64,000 bases of DNA, taken from the sequence record MN871444.1; one strand, 5' to 3'. Below the pieces are notes generated by a model, which searched no databases, had not been told where the DNA came from, and saw only the letters and a program-made list of their open reading frames with translations. The translations under genes and the position numbers were made by a program. Shown one piece after another: positions 37,835 to 47,428 of the stretch. Positions within the stretch are counted from its first letter, which is position 1. The number at the start of each line of letters is the position of its first letter.

Positions 37835-40774
37835 ATGTCAATTTTGTTCGCAAGTGACTGGGCAAAATTCCCCAGGGCCATTCCCGACTATAAAACAAAA
37901 AATGAAAGTTTTCTCAAGATGGCCATCCTCTTAAATAAAATGGGGATTAAGAACTGCTTATTTCCATTGGCTTTATTGCAGCCGGAATTGCAGGGGGTTG
38001 ACCCTCACGATGTGGCTAATCTGACTGACGCCCAGAAAACGGCTATTTTGTTTGAAGTTCAGTATAACCCATGGTATTTCTTCCGCGAGATTGTCAAGAT
38101 ACCACCAAAAGCGGGTAGTACACCAATTGATTTTAGAATCAATCGGGCAACGCTTGCAACCTACTGGCTGTTTTTTAACCATGTTCGTTCGTACCTGATA
38201 CTCTGCCGTCAGGTGGGTAAGGACCAACCCCTGAATGCCCAGGCACGTACTCCAACTGGATGGAAAAAGAACGGCGACCTTATTCCGGGAGACTTGGTAA
38301 TCACCCCATCCGGATTGCCTAGCAAGGTATTGGCTACCTATCCTCAGGGACTAAAAGATGTCTATCGCATTACTTTAGATGACGGGCGTAGTACGCAATG
38401 TGGCCTAGAGCACATGTGGGACATCTGGACTGATGAAAACCAAAACTGGACTACGGTAGATACCGGGGACATTATCAAACGTCTAAATGCCGGTGAAAGC
38501 ATTTACGTGCCACTTGCAAGTCCAGAACAAACTGCCGACAGCTCTTTTATTGTCCCCCCTTACGTTGCCGGGTCCAACATTAATCTTAATGCCAATATCG
38601 TGGAGCTGAACGATGAGTATTTACGTGGCTCACATAAACAACGTTTGGAATTACTACAAGGCATATTGGATAACAATGCTCTCGTTACGCCAGAAGGTAT
38701 TCTCCTGGATGTGGAAAACGATGAATTGCGTAAAACAATTACGTACCTCATTCGTTCTATTGGTGGGGTGGCATACACTGATGGTACTGTTATCGACATT
38801 AGGTATCACACACCTGCATTGTTATTTCAACACCCGTACATGAAAGAATGTGCTGAGGGTATTCTCTCAGTAAACGCAGATAAGCTGCGCATCACTTCTA
38901 TTGTACCGGAAGGACAAACCCAGACGCTTTGTATTGAGATTGATCATCCGGACCATCTATACGTCACTGATGATTTTATCGTAACGCACAACACCGTGGG
39001 GATGTCGGCGTTGGTGCAGGGGGTGATGAAATTCTGGGCAAACAACACCTTATTCCAGCAGATTACCAAAGATACCAAACTGAAACTGGAAACCATCGAC
39101 ACCATCAAAGAAATCGGTTCATTGCTTCCATCCTATTTAACTTCAATCAACGTTGAATTAGATAACCCGGAAAGTAAGACTGAAATCAAATACAGTTTGA
39201 AGAATAACCTCTTCAAATCAATGGTGGGGCGTAACGACCGTAAGGCCGCCAACAACCTAGGTCGTGGTGCGACATCTCCGATTCTTTGGTTTGACGAACC
39301 TCCCTTTACTCCGTTCATTGGTGAGACTGTTCCTGCGGCTCTGGGTTCCATGTCCGCAGCGGTAGAAGAAGCAGCTAAGTCAGGCAACCCATACGGTGTT
39401 GTATTCACCACAACGGCCGGTAAGATAGATGACCGCGATGGTGGATTTATCTATGGGTTGGTGCAGGCGGCCGCTCCGTGGTCCGAACACATGTACGACT
39501 GTCGTGACCGCGATGACCTCATCTCCATGATTCGGATGAACATGGCTGACAGTGAATCTGCGATTGCCGTAAATTGCACGTTTACTCATAACCAGCTGGG
39601 TTATAGTGACGAGTGGTTAAAACGTAAAATTGCAGAATCATCCGGTAGTAAAGAACAGGCCGATATGGACTGGAGGGTAATCTGGGCATCGGGTGGTGCG
39701 TATAGTCCATTGACGGCAGACCAGCTGGAAGCTATTCGTCAAAGTGAGATGGAACCTACACATACGGAAAGGACCAAAGACAACTACCTGATTAGATGGT
39801 ACGATGACCCGGAGACTCACGAAGAGAATCTACAGCAGGGCAACTATGTCCTGGGCATAGACTCGTCAGAAGCGGTGGGTCGAGATGCCATTGCGATGGT
39901 TATCACTGACGTACGTGATTTATCTGTGGTTGGCGTAGCGACGGTCAACGATACTAACCTTACCCGGTATGCGGTGTGGTTATGCGACCTATTAATTAAA
40001 TACCCAAAAATCACAGGTATCATCGAACGGAAATCGAGTGGGGTAGGTATTTTAGATCACTTGCTTTACGTCATGCAAGCTAAAGGAATTGACCCATTCA
40101 AGCGACTGTACAACAAGTTAGTTGATGAACAGAACTTGCGGGTAGATGAATACAAGGAAGTGAAAGGTACGGCATTGGCCCGACGTGATGCTTTCTTCTA
40201 CGATAAGTTCCGTCGAGATTTTGGTTTTATCACGGATAAGAAATCACGCCAGGAATTGTATCGTGATGTGATGGCTGAAGCAGTGCGCCGCGGTGCACGT
40301 AAACTCCGTGACAAAATGTTGGCGGGTGAGTTGAAGAAACTGGAAATTCGTAAGAACCGTGTCGACCACCCGGAAGGCGGCCATGATGACCATGTTATCG
40401 CCTGGTTGATGACTGCGTGGTTCCTCCTCAATTCCAGACACCATCAGGTGTACGGTATCCCAGCTAATGCAGTATTTGCCAGCATCACCGATAATGGTGG
40501 TGACATCACGGAAGAAGACCGTAAATTAGGTGAACGTATCGAACAGCTGCATGAAGACATGAATGAGGCTTTCGCTGAATTGCGTAGAACAGAAAACCCC
40601 TACGCTATTGTTCAATTAGAACAGCGTATTCGTAATTTGAATGCAAAGATTGGACAATCCGGCGGGGTCGCAAACAACGTCGATACATTAATTCAGCAGG
40701 CCATGTTTGAACGTCGCCGCAAATACCTGGACCGGGCAAAAACACCAAACTACTTAGGGCGGTGGAACGGGTAA
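37835..40774 (+). CDS. terL: terminase large subunit (phiKZ gp25-like) interrupted by an intein
   Basis: Walker A RQVGK|T split by the intein, Walker B ILWFDE, motif III FTTTAG, RNase H-like nuclease LGIDSSEA...DHPEGGHDDHV; GAGGA RBS before ATG 37835. Confidence 0.92.
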   Translation: MSILFASDWAKFPRAIPDYKTKNESFLKMAILLNKMGIKNCLFPLALLQPELQGVDPHDVANLTDAQKTAILFEVQYNPWYFFREIVKIPPKAGSTPIDFRINRATLATYWLFFNHVRSYLILCRQVGKDQPLNAQARTPTGWKKNGDLIPGDLVITPSGLPSKVLATYPQGLKDVYRITLDDGRSTQCGLEHMWDIWTDENQNWTTVDTGDIIKRLNAGESIYVPLASPEQTADSSFIVPPYVAGSNINLNANIVELNDEYLRGSHKQRLELLQGILDNNALVTPEGILLDVENDELRKTITYLIRSIGGVAYTDGTVIDIRYHTPALLFQHPYMKECAEGILSVNADKLRITSIVPEGQTQTLCIEIDHPDHLYVTDDFIVTHNTVGMSALVQGVMKFWANNTLFQQITKDTKLKLETIDTIKEIGSLLPSYLTSINVELDNPESKTEIKYSLKNNLFKSMVGRNDRKAANNLGRGATSPILWFDEPPFTPFIGETVPAALGSMSAAVEEAAKSGNPYGVVFTTTAGKIDDRDGGFIYGLVQAAAPWSEHMYDCRDRDDLISMIRMNMADSESAIAVNCTFTHNQLGYSDEWLKRKIAESSGSKEQADMDWRVIWASGGAYSPLTADQLEAIRQSEMEPTHTERTKDNYLIRWYDDPETHEENLQQGNYVLGIDSSEAVGRDAIAMVITDVRDLSVVGVATVNDTNLTRYAVWLCDLLIKYPKITGIIERKSSGVGILDHLLYVMQAKGIDPFKRLYNKLVDEQNLRVDEYKEVKGTALARRDAFFYDKFRRDFGFITDKKSRQELYRDVMAEAVRRGARKLRDKMLAGELKKLEIRKNRVDHPEGGHDDHVIAWLMTAWFLLNSRHHQVYGIPANAVFASITDNGGDITEEDRKLGERIEQLHEDMNEAFAELRRTENPYAIVQLEQRIRNLNAKIGQSGGVANNVDTLIQQAMFERRRKYLDRAKTPNYLGRWNG
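38222..38992 (+). mobile_element. class 3 intein (257 aa) with a degenerate LAGLIDADG remnant, inserted in the terminase Walker A
   Basis: Begins DQPLNAQARTPTGW, ends VTHN followed by Thr+1; block B HMW (Trp), block F LCI (Cys) and block G THN (Thr) form the WCT triplet; LLQGILDNNA and YLIRSIGG are endonuclease remnants. Confidence 0.9.
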
Positions 40775-40829
40775 CACCATGCTATGGGATGTGCGCCCAA
40801 ACCCCCAATATAAGAAGCAGAGGTGTGTC

Positions 40830-41312
40830 ATGGCAATATCGGAGGTAATTGACCAAGACGGCTACCGATTGGAGACGAATCCTTATATTCGTCTCCTTGA
40901 CGCTGCCGGAAACATACTCATCCAACTCATCCCTGGAATTAGTTCTTTGGGCGGTGGGATTGTTTTGGTGCGAGATAGTGCCGGGGACTTTCGTTCTCTC
41001 GGGGTTTATATTAATCCCGAGTTTACGGACGTTACCCAAGAGAGCAACATTCGCATATTGGATAGTTTATTTGAACGCATACGTCGCGAGACAAAAGCGT
41101 TAATTCATATTGCTGCATATGGCCCATTTTTTGGTTTGGACCCGGAAGGTCGTCGTCAGGTACTATATCTAGGTGGGATGGATATTGCCATGTTGTCGAT
41201 TTCCAAAAGTAAAGTTACTGATGTCATGCTACTCGATCCATTTGATTCAGGTAGTCAACATTTTTCTGCGTTGGTTGAACGCATTGCGGGAACACTCATT
41301 CAGGGTCGTTAA
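40830..41312 (+). CDS. hypothetical protein (160 aa)
   Basis: GAGG RBS before ATG 40830. Confidence 0.65.
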   Translation: MAISEVIDQDGYRLETNPYIRLLDAAGNILIQLIPGISSLGGGIVLVRDSAGDFRSLGVYINPEFTDVTQESNIRILDSLFERIRRETKALIHIAAYGPFFGLDPEGRRQVLYLGGMDIAMLSISKSKVTDVMLLDPFDSGSQHFSALVERIAGTLIQGR

Positions 41313-41354
41313 TCGGCCTTATAATGGTCAGTAGGGTTTTGGATGCATAGACCT

Positions 41355-41670
41355 GGGGAGGGCGAAAGCCCTCCCTTTTATGCCGTCGACGGCATAACGG
41401 TCTGCATATGGGAAAACCCATATGCAGACGTCACCCGAAACACGGTCGGGGTTATGCTGTTTTTAATAAGTAGTTAATGGCGTGTCCACGGGACACTCAT
41501 CCGTTACAATCCCACGGGATGGGGTTCTACATACGTAAAGCCGTATGTGAGAGCTTGAAAAATAAATGTGCGTAGATGAAAAATAAGGAGACGAACGACT
41601 TGGCCCATTCGTCTCCGGACGCTCGCAAGGCGCGAGAAAGCTACATGTAAGGTGAGGGTATCTCCTTACT
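41355..41670. other. hairpin-dense non-coding region (terminator plus candidate structured RNA or DNA element)
   Basis: About eight consecutive inverted repeats, including a perfect 20-bp palindrome (41378-41397) and a perfect 13-bp stem (41400-41429), between convergent genes. Confidence 0.6.
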
Positions 41671-41721
41671 GAGGCTCAGCTTTTACCAATCCCGGTTTCA
41701 GCTAACGCACATTATACTGCA

Positions 41722-43098
41722 TCAGGTAGCATAATGGTTAGCTACTAACGCTCGAATCAGTACATAAAGAATTACCGCGGTACGTTCTGAGGCCGCTAAT
41801 GCCGGAGACCGCTCTTTACCGTGACTCGCCACAATAGCCGCAGCCATCTCTTTAAGCTGCAACATGGTGGGGTCAGACATTTTTGCAGCCATGTATAACC
41901 CTTTCATCCGGGTAATGATGAGTTGCAAATCTGTCGTACGTAATCGATTCGATTTAATGTAGTCGAAAGCGTGAATAAGTACCTCATCCAAAAACTGAGG
42001 TAACCAGGGTAGTTGCGAGGTCCCGTAACATTCGGACATGTGTCCAAGCGTTACGACAAAGCGTGGAACGGATAGCGTGTGAATGGCGTCAGCTACGATG
42101 GAGACAAGCTCCGGCCGAACAAAACTGTTTTTGTCAGAAATGACCGTATGAATATACCGCTTGTATTTGGTTAATTCTCGAGTCACGTCTTTAACAATGG
42201 CTTCGCCATCTACCGTCATTACATTGCTCACGGATGTAATTTTAGCATTTGAAGCTAGTGCATCGTAAAGCGATGAAGTTAACCGATTGACCATGTCACG
42301 TAAACGAGTTTGAATATCGTTAATCATTGAAATGATACCGGCATCATCTCTAAACGTTTCTATGGTCTTACGATGAATCCCACGGGGTCCGATGATGTCT
42401 TCACAACGTGCGCGCAATAAAGCCAGCCAAGTGCCATACTGCTTTAAGGCATAGCGCTTAGTCAGGTCGTTAAACGCCGCCATCTCGGTTTCACGGTCAG
42501 ATGCATATTTAAAACGACGTGCCAACAGAGAAGTGAGCAATTTAAAATGCAGGTTTAACAACACATCAATTTTCGCAGCATGTTTTAATGACTCGGGCAA
42601 TTTTGATGTGTGGATGGCGTGCACCAGGTATAAGCATGATAAGTTATACGTGTCACTCGATACGACCCAATCTGTATTGATGGCTTTTAGAGAATGAAGG
42701 TCATCTTCCAGTGCGATATCATCGGTTTGGAGAATATCGTCATACCACGTTTCTCTATCCTGGTCGGTCCATCTAATTTGATACACCCCCAAAAAGTGAC
42801 CACCAAAAAACTTCACGTGATTATCATTTTTGGTAATAAATCCATTAGTGATGCTACGCAGCGATTTAACCCATTTCTGGTCAATAGACAATGAGATTAA
42901 ATGTTTTTGAAAGCAGTTAAGGATTGTCCCATGGCTGCCAGGTAAACGACGTACTTCGATAGTCTCGTCATCGTCAATCGCTTCCATTGCCAGGGACAGT
43001 TGATAAAAAGTATTGTTCGATACTGTCGCCGGGGAGAAATAAGCATGATGCAAATCAGTGGGCCATCCGCGCTGTTCGATGAGTCCGGAGGTTGACAT
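41722..43098 (-). CDS. conserved phiKZ-like protein, probably virion-associated (458 aa)
   Basis: AAGGA RBS before ATG 43098; N-terminal SLAME resembles a protease cleavage site; family assignment from memory of the KN..H..FFGG..LGV motif. Confidence 0.6.
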   Translation of the reverse strand: MSTSGLIEQRGWPTDLHHAYFSPATVSNNTFYQLSLAMEAIDDDETIEVRRLPGSHGTILNCFQKHLISLSIDQKWVKSLRSITNGFITKNDNHVKFFGGHFLGVYQIRWTDQDRETWYDDILQTDDIALEDDLHSLKAINTDWVVSSDTYNLSCLYLVHAIHTSKLPESLKHAAKIDVLLNLHFKLLTSLLARRFKYASDRETEMAAFNDLTKRYALKQYGTWLALLRARCEDIIGPRGIHRKTIETFRDDAGIISMINDIQTRLRDMVNRLTSSLYDALASNAKITSVSNVMTVDGEAIVKDVTRELTKYKRYIHTVISDKNSFVRPELVSIVADAIHTLSVPRFVVTLGHMSECYGTSQLPWLPQFLDEVLIHAFDYIKSNRLRTTDLQLIITRMKGLYMAAKMSDPTMLQLKEMAAAIVASHGKERSPALAASERTAVILYVLIRALVANHYAT

Positions 43099-43157
43099 AA
43101 TGGATTCCTTTTTTACCAAATAGTAAACGCTATACCATAACAGGCAAAATATTATTA

Positions 43158-43189
43158 CTGATTCAAAATATCTATGCACGTATATTACT
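43158..43189 (+). promoter_or_regulatory. putative early promoter
   Basis: CTGATTCAAAATATCTATGCACG-TATATTAC-T upstream of an accessory operon. Confidence 0.7.
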
Positions 43190-43222
43190 AATCAGACTAC
43201 TTACCCATGGAGTTATTTTAAA

Positions 43223-43696
43223 ATGACTGACGGAATCGAAATGCAATATAGCCTGCGTTATCATCAGACTGTCGATGGTAACTTGACCAACTTCGCGGTG
43301 TACGATGAATTAACGAATGAAAAAATAATTTCTCTCGTGCCGGATGTGGCGCTAGATGACCATGCAATTATTGTGCGCATTAAGCGAAAATACTTTTTCC
43401 TAAAGTCAGTGATTTTATTTGACGATTACCCGCTGCCGATTGTTGACATTTTAGAAAGATGCATCGATGTACAATCTGGGGATTTGTTCTGCGGGTATGG
43501 TCGCGTGTACCGTAGGAACAAAAAGAATCCGACAGGTAAAGCTTGCCAGACTATCTTTTTGGATTCCAAACCGATTGTCCGACGCGATGGTCAACTTCGC
43601 TTTTATGCGGTCGGTATCCGTGGGGTAGGTAATATCGATTTAGAAGCTACAGGGGATATTGACTCCCTGTATGTTCAGTTCAATTCGTTGGTGTGA
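43223..43696 (+). CDS. hypothetical protein (157 aa)
   Basis: GGAG RBS; first gene after the early promoter. Confidence 0.7.
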   Translation: MTDGIEMQYSLRYHQTVDGNLTNFAVYDELTNEKIISLVPDVALDDHAIIVRIKRKYFFLKSVILFDDYPLPIVDILERCIDVQSGDLFCGYGRVYRRNKKNPTGKACQTIFLDSKPIVRRDGQLRFYAVGIRGVGNIDLEATGDIDSLYVQFNSLV

Positions 43697-43787
43697 CTTC
43701 ACGTCAGCGACAGGTTTTCCCGTAATGAAGTTCTTTGGGGGCTCCGTGCCCCCAATTTTTTTCATACTCTTTTTTGGGACTCAAAAC

Positions 43788-45209
43788 ATGCAACTTACTC
43801 CGTATTCCGAAATTCAGTACTATCATGATGGCCGTCCTAAATTTAAAGTGGTCGGCTTTGATGAAGAAAAGATGTTCACCACCACAGAAAAAATCACTAT
43901 CGACCAGGCCATGCGTAATGCCGTACGTTGGCGTAATCTCCAACTGGGATTGGAGATGAGTGCTAAGGATGAATCCACGATTACTCGATTCATCAAATCC
44001 CTTGAAGAAGACGACAAACCAACGCAGGCCAAAGTTGAACCACCGAAACCTAAAACAATTATCCCTGAACACGTAAAGGTTACTCAGCTTCCTTCGGGGG
44101 TTGTTAGGACCAACGAAGAACCGGAGAAACGCAGTTGGAATGATGGGGTCGGATTTCCTTCGAGCACTCCATCGAAATCAAAAAAGCAACCGTATGGTGA
44201 AGACCTCCCCACCGGTGGAAAGATCATCAAAACGGTATCGGCTATATCCATACAAAAACCGCGTAAAATTAGGCAGGCTAAAGCCCCTACCGTGGCAGCC
44301 CTAATCAATGCGCGTAACGCCGAGTATCCTTCATTACCTGGCGGGGTAAATATTATTCGCTGTAAGGCAGATACCAGCATTCGTTTTAGTGTTGCTATCC
44401 CGCCATACATCCCCGGTAATAAGGCTAAAAACCGAGTATTCCATGTTTCCACTGTGTCAAAATTTACATTGTCGCAGTATCGCATGGTGCGGCATATCGC
44501 CATTTGTTTTAGAAAAGAGGTTATCGCAGCCTATGCCGAAAAACGCGAAATTGATTTAAATGCATTTGAAGATGCAAAACGCAAAGTGCTGGAAAATGAT
44601 TTCCGGTGGCCTTTTACTGGGACACTCCCAAAAAATCCGGGTTTGGTAAAAGGTACGACGATTGACCCTAAGCCATCACCCTTGGCGTTACGCAATCGCC
44701 GTTTTCCAAGTTTACCGGCTGGGTTGACGGTCAGACGTATTGTTAAAGAAGACTCTGACCCGCAGGTTATTTTTCAGGTTAATTTAAACGATCGTAAAAC
44801 CAGACAGTTTTATGTCGGCGAAGTAGGGACATTTACTCTAGCCGAGTATCGGGTAATTCGACATGTGGCTATTGCCTACCGGCATGAATTCCTTGAAGCC
44901 AAGTTGGAAGGCCGTGAAATGCGTATGGAGTTGTTTAAAGACTGGCGTAAGAAAATGCAACTAGGGGAGTTTTTCAAACCGTTTAAAGGTACTTTACCCG
45001 ACAACATCTCCAAACCCAAAGTGGCTCCTAATGGAAGCCATGGTGGAGTAACTCGGGCTACTGCAGCAACTAAAGAAATCATTGAATACTTGATGTCCTT
45101 TCCGGAATTAGCCCCGGGATTCATTCAACTCGATGATTTGTCCGCCGCCAAAATACAATCCAAGATAAATGACATCGTACATAACGCCATTTATCCATAT
45201 CGCCAATAA
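43788..45209 (+). CDS. basic protein with repeated AP2-like DNA-binding segments (473 aa)
   Basis: Two clear internal repeats (R N..(Y/F)PSLP.G...F.V..V..FTL..YR..RH.AI.(F/Y)R.E) plus a similar N-terminal segment; start taken at MQLTPYSE. Confidence 0.6.
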   Translation: MQLTPYSEIQYYHDGRPKFKVVGFDEEKMFTTTEKITIDQAMRNAVRWRNLQLGLEMSAKDESTITRFIKSLEEDDKPTQAKVEPPKPKTIIPEHVKVTQLPSGVVRTNEEPEKRSWNDGVGFPSSTPSKSKKQPYGEDLPTGGKIIKTVSAISIQKPRKIRQAKAPTVAALINARNAEYPSLPGGVNIIRCKADTSIRFSVAIPPYIPGNKAKNRVFHVSTVSKFTLSQYRMVRHIAICFRKEVIAAYAEKREIDLNAFEDAKRKVLENDFRWPFTGTLPKNPGLVKGTTIDPKPSPLALRNRRFPSLPAGLTVRRIVKEDSDPQVIFQVNLNDRKTRQFYVGEVGTFTLAEYRVIRHVAIAYRHEFLEAKLEGREMRMELFKDWRKKMQLGEFFKPFKGTLPDNISKPKVAPNGSHGGVTRATAATKEIIEYLMSFPELAPGFIQLDDLSAAKIQSKINDIVHNAIYPYRQ

Positions 45210-45232
45210 ACAAAATAAGGGGTTTTATCATT

Positions 45233-46069
45233 ATGGGAAATATCGAAAAATTCAGAATGGCGTTGCTTGGCAATATCGCTAAGCAAGTGAAACCACAACA
45301 GCCGGTGTTTAAAGTTAAACCCAACCGTCCACTGACCCACATCTGGAAAGAAACTGTTCCGGACCAGCGTATCGGCGGGTATTTTAAAAAGCTGCTCAGC
45401 GAAGAGGCGCTCTGGGTCACTATCGATGAAGAGACTTTCACCCTTCGCCCCGTTTTATTCGGGGAAATGTCCTTACAGTTAATTGACTACTTTAATTTCT
45501 TTCAACGGGCAAAAGAAGCGGTACGTCAGGGTACCGTTACTACGCCGGTTTATCTGCGGGGTGAAGCGCACGCAACTTCAGTGTATCGAAACATGCAAAT
45601 TACTCCGCTGCAAACTTCGTTCAACTATACCCACTGGTGGAACGCTAGTTGTGGGTTTGGTGATTGGAAAGAACAGCATTTTCGTCGGCGGGTATTCAAT
45701 GCAATTAACCGCGAACGGCAATGGTTAACCGGGCCCGTATTGGTTGCGCTGGACGACGCGATTCGGCATCTGGATGCGGCCAATATCGACGCCCCTGGGT
45801 TGATTGCTTATTTGTGTGACATTTCTGCCATCTACCATTATGCGCAAGCATCTTGCGATAATGCATTGTGGTTGCTGACGACTCGCGAATCCCTGAATCT
45901 GTCGGCAGCCATGTTAAGAGATGTGGTTTCACGGCATACCGTTCTTGAAGTTTGTAACTACAGTGTACGTAGCGATTATTCCATAGATACGTTAATTGAT
46001 ATTGAAAATATCGAGTTACTCTACCGTCAAGCTTCGCCGGTGTTCTCTCTACCTCACGGGCATAAATAA
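45233..46069 (+). CDS. hypothetical protein (278 aa)
   Basis: Long ORF with AAGGGG RBS. Confidence 0.7.
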   Translation: MGNIEKFRMALLGNIAKQVKPQQPVFKVKPNRPLTHIWKETVPDQRIGGYFKKLLSEEALWVTIDEETFTLRPVLFGEMSLQLIDYFNFFQRAKEAVRQGTVTTPVYLRGEAHATSVYRNMQITPLQTSFNYTHWWNASCGFGDWKEQHFRRRVFNAINRERQWLTGPVLVALDDAIRHLDAANIDAPGLIAYLCDISAIYHYAQASCDNALWLLTTRESLNLSAAMLRDVVSRHTVLEVCNYSVRSDYSIDTLIDIENIELLYRQASPVFSLPHGHK

Positions 46070-46360
46070 ATGACCCACGACCCCCTGCTGGAGATGCTTA
46101 TCCGAGCGGAGTTATCGGATATCATCAGCACCCTGAAACTCCATCTGCTGACGCATGACAAACCCGACATTGAAACCCTTAGGGAATCCCTGAGGGTGAT
46201 GTTGCCGCGCATGCAAACCACCACCTGCAGAAAAATAGTCGAAGATTGCATTGCCGCTAAAAACCCAATTACGTTATTGGAAATGATTTTGGTGTCGCAT
46301 ATGCAGTCCAAAACAACATCACCGAACACGCCGGTTGTAAACCGTAAGGGACGTAAATGA
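46070..46360 (+). CDS. hypothetical protein (96 aa)
   Basis: Abuts the upstream stop; ATGA overlap with the next gene. Confidence 0.65.
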   Translation: MTHDPLLEMLIRAELSDIISTLKLHLLTHDKPDIETLRESLRVMLPRMQTTTCRKIVEDCIAAKNPITLLEMILVSHMQSKTTSPNTPVVNRKGRK

Positions 46361-47082
46361 AATATGAAGAAACCGTGGTTGCTATGGATTGGGATGATAC
46401 TATCGTGGATACCACCCCAACCCTGGCAAATATGATTCACGTTAATACCGGCTGGCATCCCGGCGATGATGTTTATCTGAACAGCAACAACGACCGAGGG
46501 CATCTGGCCCCACTCCTGGCTTCAGGTGAGTTTATGGCATTAACTGAACTGCGCCCAGAACACGTGGGATTAATCGATTGGATGTATGCCATCAAAGAAA
46601 GATTCCCGGTGAGATTTGTGGTGGCTACTCACCGTGGTTATCACGCCGAGGCCGAGCGTCTGACCGCCGATAACGTCACACGTACCGGGTTACCATTTTC
46701 GGACATCATCTATATCGACCCCAAAAAACACGCAGATAAAACGGCTTATCTGTCCGAGATCTTCCCCAGGACGGTGTTAATCGATGACCGCCCGATGTTC
46801 GATGGGCACGGTCCACTACCTCCCAACGTCATTCTCTACAACCAGCCCTGGAACCAGCACATTGCTCCATTTAAAGATCGCTATCGGGTGACTAACAGCA
46901 TCCGCATGCGCACTGAGGTAGAGCGGTTTATTCGCATGACCTACCTCATTGAAGAAACGCTGAATGAACACAGCACGCTACCCTTAGCAGAAAAGTCGTT
47001 TAATGAATACGACTCTACCAGTTTATCTGCGACGGTACGGGCGCGCGTAGCCGGAGGTAAAATTAATGACCGACGCTTCTGA
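46357..47082 (+). CDS. HAD-superfamily 5'(3')-deoxyribonucleotidase-like phosphatase (241 aa)
   Basis: Motif I AMDWDDTIVD, motif II VATHRG, motif IV LIDDRP and C-terminal YNQPWN. Confidence 0.8.
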   Translation: MKYEETVVAMDWDDTIVDTTPTLANMIHVNTGWHPGDDVYLNSNNDRGHLAPLLASGEFMALTELRPEHVGLIDWMYAIKERFPVRFVVATHRGYHAEAERLTADNVTRTGLPFSDIIYIDPKKHADKTAYLSEIFPRTVLIDDRPMFDGHGPLPPNVILYNQPWNQHIAPFKDRYRVTNSIRMRTEVERFIRMTYLIEETLNEHSTLPLAEKSFNEYDSTSLSATVRARVAGGKINDRRF

Positions 47083-47428
47083 TTTGACCATCGTCCAAAA
47101 CATGGTAATTGAATCCTTGGGAAAATTACCAGGCATGGTTTATAAGGTAATCGAAACTTATAAACCAGAAGAAGTGGCTGCGGTAACTGAGCAGTTGCAG
47201 GGCCAGCTGCCATTAGCTTCGCTCGGTGATGTATTGCAATCCTATCTTCAAAAGGAATTGGGTGAAGATTATGCTGACTGGGTGAGGTGTGTGGCTGAAG
47301 AAGGTACGGTGGATATCGTGGTTATGCCGCCGGGCGACCAAATCGCAACAATGCCGCTGACTATCCTGGACGAGAAACTCGCCCGTGGGTGGTGCGTGGG
47401 GTTACTGCATTCAGAAGGTGAATCGTAA
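47066..47428 (+). CDS. hypothetical protein (120 aa)
   Basis: GGAGG RBS; overlaps the upstream gene. Confidence 0.7.
   Translation: MTDASDLTIVQNMVIESLGKLPGMVYKVIETYKPEEVAAVTEQLQGQLPLASLGDVLQSYLQKELGEDYADWVRCVAEEGTVDIVVMPPGDQIATMPLTILDEKLARGWCVGLLHSEGES

Noticed and set aside
38520-38800. Active homing endonuclease within the intein
   Set aside because: Both LAGLIDADG motifs lack the catalytic acidic-Gly end and the domain is short, so it is probably inactive
41355-41670. tRNA or CRISPR array in the hairpin region
   Set aside because: No cloverleaf with T-loop/D-loop consensus and no repeat-spacer periodicity
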